DNA of 64,000 nucleotides, taken from the NCBI GenBank assembly GCA_023213395.1, contig CM041465.1:130269741-130333740 (forward strand), written 5' to 3'. Every line of letters starts with the position of its first letter. Positions within the stretch are counted from its first letter, which is position 1. This document shows, piece by piece, positions 40,045-57,328 of this stretch. The translations under genes and the position numbers were made by a program. The notes under the pieces are model-generated. The model did not search any database and was not told the DNA's origin. It saw only the letters and a list, made by a program, of their open reading frames with translations. Source of the stretch: Cycas panzhihuaensis (lineage: Eukaryota; Plantae; Cycadophyta).

Positions 40045-40976
40045 ATGATCTTGCTATTATGGAAAAGAAAAAAAGATAGAGCAGTCTTGTCCTCTACACC
40101 CTTAATTTTCTATTCACTAAGACTATAGTCTAATTATTACTCTTACCATTCAAAAGCTTCACTAGGCAACATGAACTTTCACTAAGTAGTATATAACCTC
40201 TGATATAAATTCAAAGGAAAGAAAATCTAATGGTGTTATTTATATTTTCTCTTATATGTTGACTATATATTAATCAAGCATCCTATGTTTATTCTAGCTA
40301 CAATAAAATTAAGCTAATAATGCCAAGTCACTTATAACTAAAATCAAAATCCTAAAATCTTGATAACAGTGACATAGTGGGTGAACCTCACCTTGCATAT
40401 TAACCAACATTAACAAGGGCATGTCAATAAATGTCAAATAATAAGTTCAATCATCACATCACCTGCACATTATTAAGTCCATAGTCAAATTATCATTGTA
40501 AAATTATGTACTCAATTATCAGTGTATAACATCATAATATATTGAATTATCGTAGTGAAATAAGATATTAAATCATCACCCAAAATAATTCTTAGATATT
40601 ATAATCTTTATGAATCTATGATCATGCTTAAATCCTTTTATTCCCACATCACCTAATTCAAAATGCCCATCTCTAACAATGAGTGATTAATCAACTGTCA
40701 TATTTTTGTTTAAATACCACTTATCTTTATGAATTCATGATTATGCCTAAATGTTTCCTAACTTGTTTTAGACACCACATAGCAATCTTTCCTAACTTAG
40801 TTTTGATTTTCGATGGCTCTATAAGCTGTTAATTTCTATATTCTATGTGCTTGTAATATTTAACTAAATTAGATATATATAGTGATTGATTAATTTCTAT
40901 AATAGTAACTAATCTATGAAACTATGCATAGCTTGGCACAAAGCTATATTGATTGACTTATCATATATATGTCACC

Positions 40977-44020
<3,044 letters not shown>

Positions 44021-47000
44021 CTTGAAAACATTCCCACCAAACACTTTAAGATATGCTATAACCATGGCAAGAGCAGTTAAAGTAAAATTTATAGCTGAGC
44101 GTACTTTCACTTCTTGATGGGATACACCGTAGTACCTATGCTCCCACCCATCAATTACATAATAACTATGACCCCAATGGGAGGATCGTCAAGATGATTG
44201 CCCTATGGTAGAACACCCCTTAGCAAAATGACCATTAGCTGAATAAATTATAGAGTTAAGCGAGTGACTACCGCCGAAGCCAACAGACATCGAGAAGTAG
44301 GCCTTTGCATCTAATATGGAGAGAAATAGACATTCAAACATGGTAAGGTCTATAAATCCAAGTGTGTGGTCTTCACCATTGATCTTACAACCTTGATTGA
44401 TGAAGATTTGGATACAGATATTGAGCCTAAGGAAGACCCCGTGGTTGATTCTCCCATAGACCCTGAAGTTTCTCTTTTTACTATTTTCTTGATTATCCAG
44501 TTTGTACCTTGCCCTGAATTCCTCCCTGTCAAAGGTACATTAAAGAAGATCCCTATAACCATCATAATCGATAGTGACACATCACTTAACTTCATTGATA
44601 TCTCCCTAGCTAGACAACTTAACATATATATAATAACTAAAACCAGGTTCACTTGCTCTTTACCAGGGCACTACAAACTCTACTATGCAGGCCTTATTAA
44701 AAATCTCCACATCCAAATTGGCATATACCAACTAGATTATGATTTTTATGCCCTTTCTATAGGTGGATCTGACACCATCCTAGGAGTTTAATGGCTCCAA
44801 ACCCTAGGTATGTACAACACCAATAATTCACCCTCTAAACCATTTATTCTATTTAAAGACCACTTTGGAGAAACCCACAAATTACATAGACTCCAACCAC
44901 CTCCTAATAAAATCTTGACCCTAAAATAAATGAGTTAATAACTGAATAGCAATGTCAGTTACATAGTTTGCCTCAATAATATTTAACCTTAAGTTAACAT
45001 TTACCCTAACATCCAACCTATCCTCACCAAGTATCAATCTGTCTTCGACCCACTCCCCCCCCCCCCCCCCCAACTAGACAGAGGTTTCCACTATACCATC
45101 AAGCTTAAAAACCCTATAATCCCATTAGCCTACGACTGCATTACAACTCCTACTTTTAAAAAAATGAAATCAAATGAATCAAAATAGAACTTATGGACAT
45201 AGGAATAATCCAACCTAGTAAAAGCCCTTACGTAACACCCATTATGCTTGTTTAAAAAAAGGATGGATTATTTCATCTTTACGTCAATTATCAAGAGCTT
45301 AACAAATTCACAATTAAAAATAAATTCCCTACTTCTTGCATTGATGATATATTAGATGAAATTCATGGGGCCACCATTTTTTCTGATTTGGACCTCCAAT
45401 CAAGTTACTAGTAGATCCCCATTACCCTTGAAGATCATCATATGACTGTTTTTTGCACATATCATAGGCATTTCAAATTTTAGGTTATGTCCTTCAAATT
45501 ATATGATGCCCTGGCCACATTTCAAGGCCTAATGAATAAGATCTTTGATTGTTACCTTCACAAGTTCATTATTATTATTTTTTATAATATCCTTATCTAT
45601 AGTTATTGTATGTCTGCCCATCTATAACATCTGAAAATTACCCTTTAACTTCTCTCCCAGTACAAACTCTATACCAAATTGACTAAGTGTAAATTTAGGA
45701 AGACCAAATTCTAATATCTGGGCCATATCATCTTGATAGAAGGTATTCAAGTAGGCATTGATAAAATTTTAGCCATCATAACATGGCCCACCCCTAAGAC
45801 TCTCACTCAACTATGAGCTTTCCTTGGACTCACATGTTTTTATTGATGATTTGTTAAAAATTATACTTCCATTACTACATCCCTAACTAATTTACTTTGT
45901 AAGGACTCATTTTAGTGGTCCCCTAATGCTGATGATACCTTCAACCATCTCAAATTACTCACATCCACCACCCCTATATTGACCACCCTAGACTTTTCCA
46001 AACCATTCCAACTTAAATATGATGCATCTGGTGTACGCTTATGAGATATCCTCATGTAGGATTTTCATCCAATTACCTTTGAAAGTTGAAAACTAAAAGA
46101 CTATAAATATTGATTTTCAACTTACCAAAAAGAAATGAAGGCTATCCTCCATGTAGTTGATAAGTGGCATTAATATTTAATATGATCTAATAGTCTCTAT
46201 TGCCTCCTTGACTAGCATATCTTTTCTAAAAAGCAAGCAAAGTGAGTCGATTACCTCCAAGTATTTGACTTCACTATATCTTGCAAAAAGGGAAAAGAAA
46301 TTATTATAATTAATACTCTCTCTCATCTCCTGTTAGGTCCCTCTGAGCCCATCTTACAACCCATCTCTTCCTCTCAACTTACGTGCCTCTAAGAATTAAC
46401 TGATGACAACCAATCCCAACCAAATTTCTGTAAGTGGTCCTTAAAAATTCTCACTCAAAAGGGTTGGACCTTATACAACACCCACCTTCTCTATAAAAAT
46501 AGAATCTTTGTCCATCCATCTTCCCCCTTCATTCCTCGTATCTTGATTGAGTACCATACCACCCCCTTAGGAGGTCACTTGGGTTTTGATAAGACTTATC
46601 ATCACATCCACTTTGTCTTTTATTAGCCTTAAATAAAATCTTCTATACTAACCTTCATAGTAGAATGTGATATATGCCAATACAATAAGACAGACACGAA
46701 GGCTCAGCTTGGGTTCCTCCAACCCCTTCAAATCCTACAAGGAAAATGGTAAGATATCAACATGGACTTCATCACAAGTCTTCCACCCTTATCCAGAAAT
46801 GACTCTATTTGGGTAATCATTAATCAACTAACAAAATATACACACTTTCTACTAGTCCACATATCTTACCAAGCCCCCTACCTAGCTGACCTCTATATCT
46901 AATTCATTTTTCGCCTCCATAATTTTCCATCTACTATAGTCTCTGATCGAAATTCCAAATTCATATATTCCTTTTGGTAAGAACTCTTTCGTGTAGTTAG

Positions 47001-48450
47001 CACCTCCTTCAACGTAAGTTTCTCATAACACCCCAGATAGATAGTTAATCAGAGGTCCTTAATCAAACCTTAGAGACATATCTCTATTGTTTTATATCTA
47101 AACACCAAAAATGATGGACCCCCTAACTAGCTTTAGCAGAATATTGGTATAACTCTTCCCATCACTCTATAATTAGTATGTCTCCATTCATGGCCCTTTA
47201 TGGTTATCCCCTACCATCCTACCATACAATGGCCACTAACCTACGTACAACCTCGATATAATAGAAATTGTAAGATATGGACCAAATCCTAAATACACTT
47301 AAGTAAAATCTGTCCATGGCTCAGAATCACATGAAATAACTTGTTGATTGCTACCACTCTGATTGAATCTTTTTCATTGGCAATATGGTCTTTGTTTGCC
47401 TCCATCCCTATAAGCAGTAGTCACTTTGTAATAGCATAAATTACAAACTTAGTCCTCAATACTATGGTCCCTATAAGGTTAGCCAATGCATTAAGGAAGT
47501 TGCATATGCCCTTGAACTCCCTTCTGACACCAAGATCCATAATGTGTTCTATGTTTTATACCTTAAAAAGCTCCTTGGCAAGTCTATTATCCCACAGACC
47601 ACTCTCCCAATCCTTGCTGAAGAATAACTCCTAACTGTTCCTCCAGACCATATCTTATAAACTAGACACTATTGTCTCCAAAATAGAACCATTTTTTAGC
47701 ACTTGGTACAATGGACCGGCAGTGGACCAGAGGAAGCAACATAGGAACTAAATTAATTCATCAAGTAACATCCACATCTATTACGCTACAGGGACTCAAC
47801 ATCTCAGAGGAGGGATCTGTTGCATAATTGTTAGTGGTTGGCAGAACCCTAATGAAGGTACTCTTGCTAGTAAAAGACATATATTAATGTTAACTATTAA
47901 AAGGTGTGCATGGGCTACTTGGGGCCACCAATCAAAATAAAGGCCGAATGCCTATCCAATTAGATTTATAAACTAAATAACCATTTCACTTATTTAAGGC
48001 CTTATGGATGTAAAGGAAGCTAGTTTTTTTAATGAGAAATTATTGCTACCAATTTGGTACAAATTTTTGGTGCCCATTTTATCTATAACCCTGTAAGGTG
48101 TAATGCATAAATAGCTAGTTACACAATTATGGTGGTAAGGATTAAGGACAATCATCTGTAGGTGTGCATGGGCCACATACCTCTACCAATGGGATCAAAG
48201 CCTGCATGGGCTACCAATAGGATGTTAGGAGTTAATGATCACTTTTGTTTATTTGAGGCCTCACATTTATCAACTAAGGGTTCATGTGATCATTTCCTCT
48301 TGTAAAGATTGCACTCTCGTACATATTCTTTGGTGTCCATTAAGCTCTCTTACGATCTGAATGTAATTCATACTACTACATTAATAAAAGTTCCATTTTA
48401 TGCTCTCTTATTATCAATTTGGCGTGATATTTATAAGGTGGATCATAACA
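44021..48450 (+). mobile_element. Chromovirus Ty3/Gypsy unit 1 (5'-truncated): gag end, PR, RT, RH, INT, chromodomain, PPT, LTR
   Basis: IIIDSDTSLNFI (PR); KKDG..YQELNKFTIKNKFP (RT); PDFSKPFQL.YDASG (RH); MDFITSLP (INT); HLVQWTGSGPEEAT*E (CHD); GAGGAGGGA PPT. Confidence 0.92.
47818..48450 (+). repeat. LTR (TGTTG...CATAACA), probably shared by two tandem units
   Basis: PPT precedes it and a degenerate Met-PBS (AATATTTAGAGCT) plus gag follow it. Its 3' 365 bp match 59547-59913. Confidence 0.8.
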
Positions 48451-50214
48451 AACAATATTTAGAGCTAAGTTTGCCAACCCTGTTAAGGTATTTAAGAGCT
48501 AGAAAAAGGGGAAAAAAAAAAAAAACCCTTGGTAACACTCATAATCCTTCTCTTGTAATACTTCTATTTAGTTCTAGTTTTAATTCAAGGTAGACTACAT
48601 TGCTTAGCAACTATCTTTTTTTGTTCCCTCCCTTCATTTTTCCTAGGCAAATAACTCTACTTGGTAAGTACCCACTTTAGTTAAGTAGAGGCCCTATACT
48701 AGGGATCTATAAATATCACGAGGATCTATCATTTTGGGCTAAATGTATTATGGATTTTTTACCCTTGCATGAAAGACTTTAGTTAAGTCTATTAAACCAA
48801 GCCTTAAACAAAACTTGACCATGGAATCGAGCCTCCACATACCCTCAAGTATATAGGAGGACCCCTATAAGCTTCCTCTCCATCCTAAAATAAGTAAACC
48901 TTCAGTCATTTATCACTACCATGTATGGGTTAGCGATTAATGCACTGAAGCTACTCTACACAAACACTTCTGTATAATTATAGACCTTATGAGGATGGCC
49001 TTTCTTTTGTAGGTAATACCCTAAGATATTAAGATGAGCTACAATAATGATAAAGAAGCTTATCACATGGCCTACAGATCTAAGCACTCCCTTATTGGTG
49101 TCTAGTAGGTCCCCCCAACCCTTTACAATCTTTTCTGACATAAATACCTTGGCCCAAAAATTAATCCTACTAATTCATACATCTTAATTTTATCAATATT
49201 TCATACTAATCAAAGCATACCAAGTCAATTTCAATTGTTAGTTTCAACGAAAATCAAATTATAAGTATCACATAGGCCCCACTGGCCTAATTACACTCGT
49301 TCATGGGTACTAAGTAATTTCCTTATATACTTTTTAGGGTTAATAACCTACAAGCACCCCACATCTTATCCTTTCCTCCCCCCTCTCTACCCATTTATAT
49401 ATCCCTACTCCTTTAATGCCCATTCTTCCTATCTCTCCCACTTATATTCCCTCCTTCTTGTTATTTTCCACCTTGTTAAGGACCTTTCACAATGAGTCAA
49501 TCTTAGCACCTATCTATTGTAGGAACTCAACTAAAAAATATACAATATAACTCAGTCAAGATGATGCCAAACCTTGCAAACCTCATCAAGAAAGTTATTA
49601 CTCTTAGTACTTAGTTCACATTTATTAGCACTCAACTCTTTAACTTTCTCTCAGTGGTAAGCTTTAATTCATCTAACACATCACAAAGTGGAACATCCCA
49701 AGGAGGAAACCCACCTCTCCAAGCTACACACCAGCCTTGATTCCATCATAAGATTAATATACCAGTCTTTGACCCTGACCTTAATAAGGGTGTAACTTAC
49801 TGTTAAGTCAATAAATTAAACTTCTATTTTGTACTTAACCTTATATCTATAGCCAATCAACTAACTTTTGCCTCCATCCACTTAGAGGAAAAAGCTCACT
49901 GTTAGTATAAGTAGTAGACCAGTGAGTGCCCATCTAATCAGATGTGGGATCAATTTTATAAATGTTTCTTTAAGTAATATAAAAAGACTAAGAATAAATC
50001 GTTCTTCAACCAATTGATATGGCTTCGGTAAACCATGATAGTTAAGGCCTACATAAACAAGTTCCAAGTAATCCAAACTTAGGTCACTCAACACCTATAT
50101 AAGTAAGCATTGGTCAAAACCTATATAGTTAGTCTTTCTAAATAAATACAAATAGGGTTGAAGACTAACTAGCCTCCTAACCTTTATACCCTCTAAATAC
50201 ATAGATGAGACTAA

Positions 50215-53200
50215 GAGGGATTTGGCACACCTCTCAAGGTTTACTACTAGCTAGCATTGACAAATGCTTGATATGATGCCACCATAATATCTCTATGATA
50301 TGTGTTATTATCTCAATGTGAGTAATATTTGTAAGGTGGATACACACCTAATATAGGCATTATTCTAACATTTCTATCCTATAATGTCTATTTGGGACGA
50401 CTCCAAGTTTATCTCTAAATTTGATAAACTTTATTTTACCAGGTACCTTTGTAAAAATGTCTACCACCTGTTCTTCAATTTTGTAACAAACTAATTCTAA
50501 TTCATCTTGTTGTACCAACTCTCTAATGAAGTAATGTTATTTTTTAATGTGCTTTGTCCTACCATAAAATAATAGATTCTTAGTCATCTGAATTATGCTT
50601 TGATTATCACAAAGCAACTATGTGGGACTAACATATTCTTCTAATAAATCCTGAAGCAATCTTCTAAGCCAAACTATCTCACAAGCTTCTACTACAACTA
50701 CTTTGTACTCTACCTTTGTAATAGAAAGAGATATTATTGCCTACTTCTCTGAACTCCATGCTAATGTTATTGAATCCAAATTAAATGTATAACCCAAAGT
50801 AGATTTCTTGTCATCTACACAACCTACCCAGTTTGAGTTTGTATAGCCAATCAACTTGCAAACCCTCAATTACTTGTAATGTAATCCATAACTAATAGTA
50901 CTTTTGAGATACTAGAGAATTCTTTTATTTGCTTGCCAATGTTTTATTTTAGGCTTATGTATAAACCTAGAAATTATACTAACTGCATACATACTGTTTG
51001 GTCAAGTTGAATTTAAGTAAATTAGGCTCTTTATCAACTACCTATAAAGTATAGGATCAATTGATTCTGATTCCTCAAACTTGAACAATTTCAACCCAAC
51101 CTCTAATGGTGTTACAAGTGGCTTACAACTAGTCATGTTAAACTTGTGTAACATATCCAATGTGTATTTCCTTTGAGAGATAAATATCTTCTTTTCATCC
51201 TACCATACTTCAATATCTAAGAAGTAATGCATAAGTCCTAAGTCTGTCATCTCAAATTCTTTGCATATATCTTTCTTAAATGTTTAGGATAAATAATCAT
51301 AATTCCGAGTATATACTAGGTCATTCACATATAAGCCCACAATTAGTATTTAACTTCCTTCTAATTTAATATATAAATTAGGGTCTGATTGGTTTCTTCG
51401 AAATCTTTTATCCTTGAAATATTTATCAATCCTAGAGTACCATACTCTAGGTGCTTGCTTGAATCCATATAAGGCCTTTTTAGTATATAGACCTTATCTT
51501 CTTTTCCTATTATTTTAAAATTTAAGTTATTGGTTATAGATTTCTTTATCCACATAGCCATTTAAGAAGACACCTTTCACATCTATTTGGTAGACTGTCT
51601 AACCTTATTGTGCAGTTAAGGCTATGATTAATCTAACTATTTCTAACCTTGCAATAGATATAAATGTTTTATTATAATCTATACCCTCAATTTAAGCATA
51701 GCCTTTTACAACTAACCTTGTCTTGTATTTGTCAATGGACCTATTTAATTTATACTTGGTCTTGTGGACCCATTTTATCCCAATGGAATTCTTGCTAGGT
51801 GGCAGATTTACTAACTCCCATATATCATTTTTTACTAAGGTATTATACTCTTCCTTCATTGCATTCTTCCATTCATCTTTATTGTTTACCTCAAAGTTAT
51901 GAGACTCACTAAACTCTATAACTTGAGTCATTAGTATAAAATTCACTCTTTGAAATCGTATTGTTTTTCTCTCAAAATTAGTGTCTAATATATTTTGAGG
52001 GTTATGAGCCCTTTATATCTATTTTGTAGCTCTTTTACTTAAAGTAGAAGGTCCTACTTTATTTATATTAGGTATATTTATACCACTTGAGTTAGAGTCT
52101 ACTTTAACCATAATATTTTTGCCTTTATCTTTTTCAATAACTTCTTCTTGATAGAATTCATTTTCCTTGAAGATGGCATCCCTACTCATGATTATCCTTT
52201 TTCCTTTTAGATAACAAAGTTTATAAGATCTAGAAGTCATTATATATATTTGGTACTCTTGTCATTTAATTTTATCCCCCTTTATTCTGGGATATGTGTA
52301 TAAGCTATGCACCTAAAAACTCTTAAGTGTTTAATGCTTAGTTTGTAACCTATCCAAGTTTCTTCAAGTATAACCCATCTAACTACTTTAATGGTACACT
52401 TGTTTAATAAATAAATAACTATACATACAACTTTTACCCAATATTCATTACCTAAATGCTTGTCCTTATGAATACTTCTTACTATTTTAACAATCATCTT
52501 ATTCTTTTTTTTTTCTATAGCCTTATTTTTTGAGATGTATAGGGATTTGTGAGGAATTTTATCCTAAAATATTGAAAATAATCTTTAAATTTATTTAAAA
52601 TAAATTCTCACCTATTATTTGATCTTAGAGTTAATATTTTAAGTCTACTTTATCTTTCAACCATACTTTTGAAGTTAATGAAGCATTAGAGTACATCTGA
52701 CTTGAACTTAAGAAAGGAAACCCAAGTCATCCTTATAACATCATCAATGAAAGTCATGAAATACTTAGCTCCTCTAGGTGAAGCCACATCCATTGGACCA
52801 TATAAATCTGTGTATACTAATTGAAGAGACCCATTGGCCTTATAGCTTTTATTAAGGAATCCTTCCCTTTGTTGTTTATCTAGTATACACCCCTCACATA
52901 CTTCCTTGCTATGTTTAATATTAAGTAGTCCTATTACCATTTTCATCTTCTTCATTAAGGCTAAATTATTGTAGTTTATACGGCCAATCTTTTTGTTCCA
53001 TGTTTCACTATCCATATTAGTTAATGCCTTAAAGGTATAACAATTAGTTAGGAGAATAACTAGTTTGAACAATCTATTACTAATCATTAGGCTTTTAACA
53101 ACTACTACATTATTCTTTAGTTTATCCTTAATGGTGTACTTCCTATTGTCAAATATTATCTTGTATTTTTACTCTATCATTTATCCCACTAATAGTAATT

Positions 53201-56200
53201 TTTTCTTAAATATTAGAATATAAAACACATCATTAATATACCTTGTTTCTCCAAAGCCTGCTTGTAGAGAAATATTCTCTTTGCCATATGTATCTTAAGT
53301 GGTATTATCAATAAATATAATCTTGCTTCTTTTGGTGTTGTACAATTCTTTGAACCACTCTTCTCTATGTGTTATGTAGGTAGAACATCCTGAATCTATA
53401 TACCAATTGTCTTCCTCCTCATTTGATATTAAACTTAATAAAAAGAGTCTTTTATTTTTCCTTTCGTCAATAACTATAATAATAGTCCATATTTGTAAGT
53501 TGAACCTTTTTATGAAGTAATTTTCTTCTAAGTACCTACTTCTATGGCAATAGGAACAATGCAATATTCCTCTACCCATAGGACTTCTTTGTCTTTGTCC
53601 TTAGCTCCTACCTCTTAGACTTTGTCCTCTACCTCTTCCTTGAGGTCCAAAATTTTATCCTTGGCCTTCATTAAATTGGCCTTGAAAATATCTTTATCCT
53701 TGACTTTGGAATTAATTTTGACTTTGATGAAAATTACTTTGGCCTTGATGATATTATCCTTACCCTTGTTAAGTTTGACTTTACTTTTGATGAAATTAAT
53801 TTTGATTTCTAGGACTTTGACCTCTTCCTCTATGAGATTGACCTCTTCACCTAAAACTTTGCCCTTGAAATATAGGCTTAATTTTTACCTTAGTGGTAAA
53901 TGCATGCTCTAAAAATTTACTACCCCCCTTTTTCTTCTTAATAGTAAGTAATATTACACCTAATTGATCTATATTAAGTGTAGTTAGGTCCTTGGAGTCT
54001 TCAATACTTGTAACAACCATTTAAAATCTTTTAATATCACTAACATATCTTAAGATTTTCTCCACCAATTTTTGTTTAGTAATAACTTCTCCTAAGGCTA
54101 TCAATTGATTGACTAGGACTTATATTTTTATTATGAAGTCATTCACTCCTTCATTGTTATTCATCTTGGAGTTCTCAAACTCGCTCCTCAATGTTTAGAG
54201 TTTCGATGTAGCCGCTCCTTCATAAGTGGAGTTTAATGTATTTCATGCTTTCTTTGATATAGATACTTAAGTAACCCTTGAAAAAATATGATCTTTCAAT
54301 GTGTAGAAGATAAATGCCAAAGCTTTATTATATTGATTTTTGTTCTCCTTGTAGATCTTCTTTTGGTCTTCAGTAGCATTAGCTTTAACTACTCAATAAC
54401 TTATTTTAATCAAGTCCTATATATTATTTAACATAAAAATGAATATTATTCTTTGAGTCTAATTCAAAAAGTTAGTACCATCAAATTTTGGCACCATTAC
54501 ACTACTTATGTTTGAGGCTATAATGATGAAAATTATCTTAAAAATAAATCATTTGAAAAAGTAAAATACTTGAATGAAAGATTAAAATACACTTAAATAA
54601 GATAATAAATGCACTAAACAATACAAGAAAAACTTATCCCCCTTTATCTTTAGGATATGCTTAAGTATTCTAATTGGGACTTAACATCCTCCAACATAAG
54701 ATTTTTGTATTAATGATGATTACAAGGTGAAACTTTACTAGATTTATTTAAGGGTCATCTCGCAAGAAGCCCAAAACTAACATCAACTTTGTCTATGAAA
54801 ATGTTACATCAAATAACTTCAAAAAATCTTAAAAGATGATTCACTCAATAGAGGATTAAAATATGAATCCAATACCCCTCAAATAATACTCAATTTTGAC
54901 TTCATATGACCAAGTTATGTATTAAAAAGTATAAGGAGGTCAAAAGGGATAAAGAGCCCTTTAGTATATAAACCACAAAAAAACTTTTCATCAACTTTCA
55001 ATCATTAAAAATGCTATCAAATAAAGACTTAACATAGTTGTATGACCACTCATTCTATTTAAGTGAAAATATAGGACACTTTTGAGCTATCAGATTTAAA
55101 AATAGACCCCACTAGTGACCAATATCATTGTTGAAGTAGAAATATGTACTTATTTTGAAGTAACCTCCTTGAAAAATATATTAATCCCTTTAAAAAAAAT
55201 GACTCCTGGTCACTTGAATATTGAATGCAACCTACTGGCAATATGGCTAATGGGGCTATAGACACTAGAACTCAAATACAATAATCAAAGGAAGTATAAA
55301 TCACCCAACTAATAAATATTCATGTATTAATATTAAATGCGCATATGAGTGCTTCAAACAAAGAAATACTATATGAGATAATTGCCAATGATTAAATAAA
55401 TACGTCAATGTCGAATTACAAAAACTAAAATTCCCATTAGTTGGAACTAAATTAAATCCCAAAATATAGAGTTTTCACTTCAAAGCCCAAAATAAAAGGA
55501 CATCAGCTGGAGATGAACTTGTTATAACTGAGCTAACCATGCCAAAAAGATCACTTCGATGATGCAAAGGATGAAGTGAATGAAACACAACTATTTCTCA
55601 CACAATGGGATGCAAAAAACTTTTGAGGAAAGATAATATTTTGAAGAAAAAGAAGGATGTGTGAGCAGGGTGATACAATATTATATGCAGAATGAGATAT
55701 TAATTATTACAAAATATGAGTAAAAGGAGAATGTTCAATGTAACCATTTGTATTCATCGCCCACTGTAATTGGAGAGGCACATATCATCCCTAAGTTATG
55801 CAACAACTATAAAGGGAGAGGTGACAAAAAATCTAAACATTATAGTTTTTCTTTTTTTTTCCCTTGATTTTTTCCAAGGCTTCGCTATCTTCTTGTTGGG
55901 GTGTAGAAGATAATAGCTAGGAGGGTTGATCTTGGGTTTTAAGATAGATCACAATGACTTTGAGGTTCCAAACCACTATTGTAGCTACTTTGCAGGAAGC
56001 GCTAGAAGCTTATCTGGTAGGGTTGATCTTAGAGGATAATGTAGATCAAGATGATAAGTGAGAAATGGTGTTTGGCCATAAGCCCTATGATTGTTCTTCA
56101 TTGGGGTGGTTGCTACTATTATGGCTAGGATAACTAGTGATAAAGACAGACCTGCAAGCTCTAACTAATGGTGCAAAAGAGGTAACTATAGCTACCACTT

Positions 56201-57328
56201 CATCAAATTTAAAAAACTTATGAGCTCAACACGGTCTCTTCACATATGCCTAGTTAATCACAAGTGAGATGATGTATTCAAACTCAAGAGAATTGATAAC
56301 AAAGTAGAACAAGCCGTAGGCATATATTTATTCTTAAAATTCACATACAATGGCAATGGTAATAGGTACATAAAGATGAGATGCAAATATAAGCATCACA
56401 AATCATCACAATAATTGTTATAAAGTGATGATTTCAGACTTCTTGCTTGATATCACAGACATAGAAATAACATAGCTACGATGATATAAGTGTTACTAAA
56501 TTAATGTAAAAAAGAAGTCATAAATGCAAAGTATATAAGCCATAAGTGGTGGTAGGCATGGAGTAAGGTATTTATGCATTGGAGACTTGCATGGGATTGA
56601 TCCAAAACTCAATACCAATAGTAGTATAATATGTGCACAAATGAGCTTTGTTTACCATTCAAATAGAAACATGAGAAAGATGTATAAATAAAGTGCTTAA
56701 ATAAGGGTGAAAAGGCCAACTTGGAATTCTCAAGTGGAGTTCTAATAAAGTCATAAAGGAGAACAATCAATGATTGCTTCACAAAGAACATACTCCACAC
56801 ATGCTGCTTTCAAATTTAGATACCAATAAAAATTGTAACCATAACAAATAGATGCACTCAACTATGATAAATGCAAAGAGAAGGTATACTACTAAGAGGA
56901 GATACTAATAATAAATCTATTGACAAATCTAGACAAATATTAGGTTAATAAAGATAGTCAAACTTATAAAGGTTAGTCATATGTACACAAATAAATAAGA
57001 GAGTGTACATATACTAGCCATGCATGCGACAAACTCCTTACAGACTCCTCCATAGATGGCTCATCGAAATGTGTCTCTCAAAACCTAAACAACAATTCAG
57101 ATACCAAATTTAGAGGATAAAGAGAGTAGAATGAAATGCAAGAAAGAGCACGACCAATATTCTGTGAGAATGGTGGTATTGGCACACCTTTCAAGGTCTA
57201 CCACTGAATGGCATTGACAAATACCTAACATGTTGCTGCCATTATATCTATATAATATGGGTTATTACCCTAATGTGGGTAATCTCCCTAAGGTGGATAT
57301 ATGCCCCAATATAGACATTATTCCAACA
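50215..57328 (-). mobile_element. Ty1/Copia element A: 5' LTR ~57109-57328, PBS ~57095-57106, 2.6 kb leader, gag-pol ~54520-50410, truncated 3' LTR ~50215-50370
   Basis: LTR copies both end TATT(C)(T/C)AACA on the plus strand; PKFDGTNF (gag); WYIDSGCSTYIT (PR); LQLVYTDLYGPM (INT); IGIKWVHKTK..YKTRLVVKGY and YVND (RT); LCDNQSII..TKHI (RH). Confidence 0.92.
55861..56195 (+). pseudogene. Histone H3 (H3.1-like) histone-fold fragment inside the Copia leader, antisense to the element
   Basis: 55960-56040 reads LRFQTTIVATLQEALEAYLVGLILEDN versus H3 [26 protein letters not shown]. Flanking pieces FKID (FKTD) and AKEVTI (AKRVTI). Confidence 0.8.

Noticed and set aside
53622-53912. Leu-rich membrane-like ORF
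   Set aside because: Antisense shadow of the Gln-rich Copia gag repeat
55861-56195. Functional histone H3 gene
   Set aside because: No N-terminal tail, interrupted by insertions, no complete ORF
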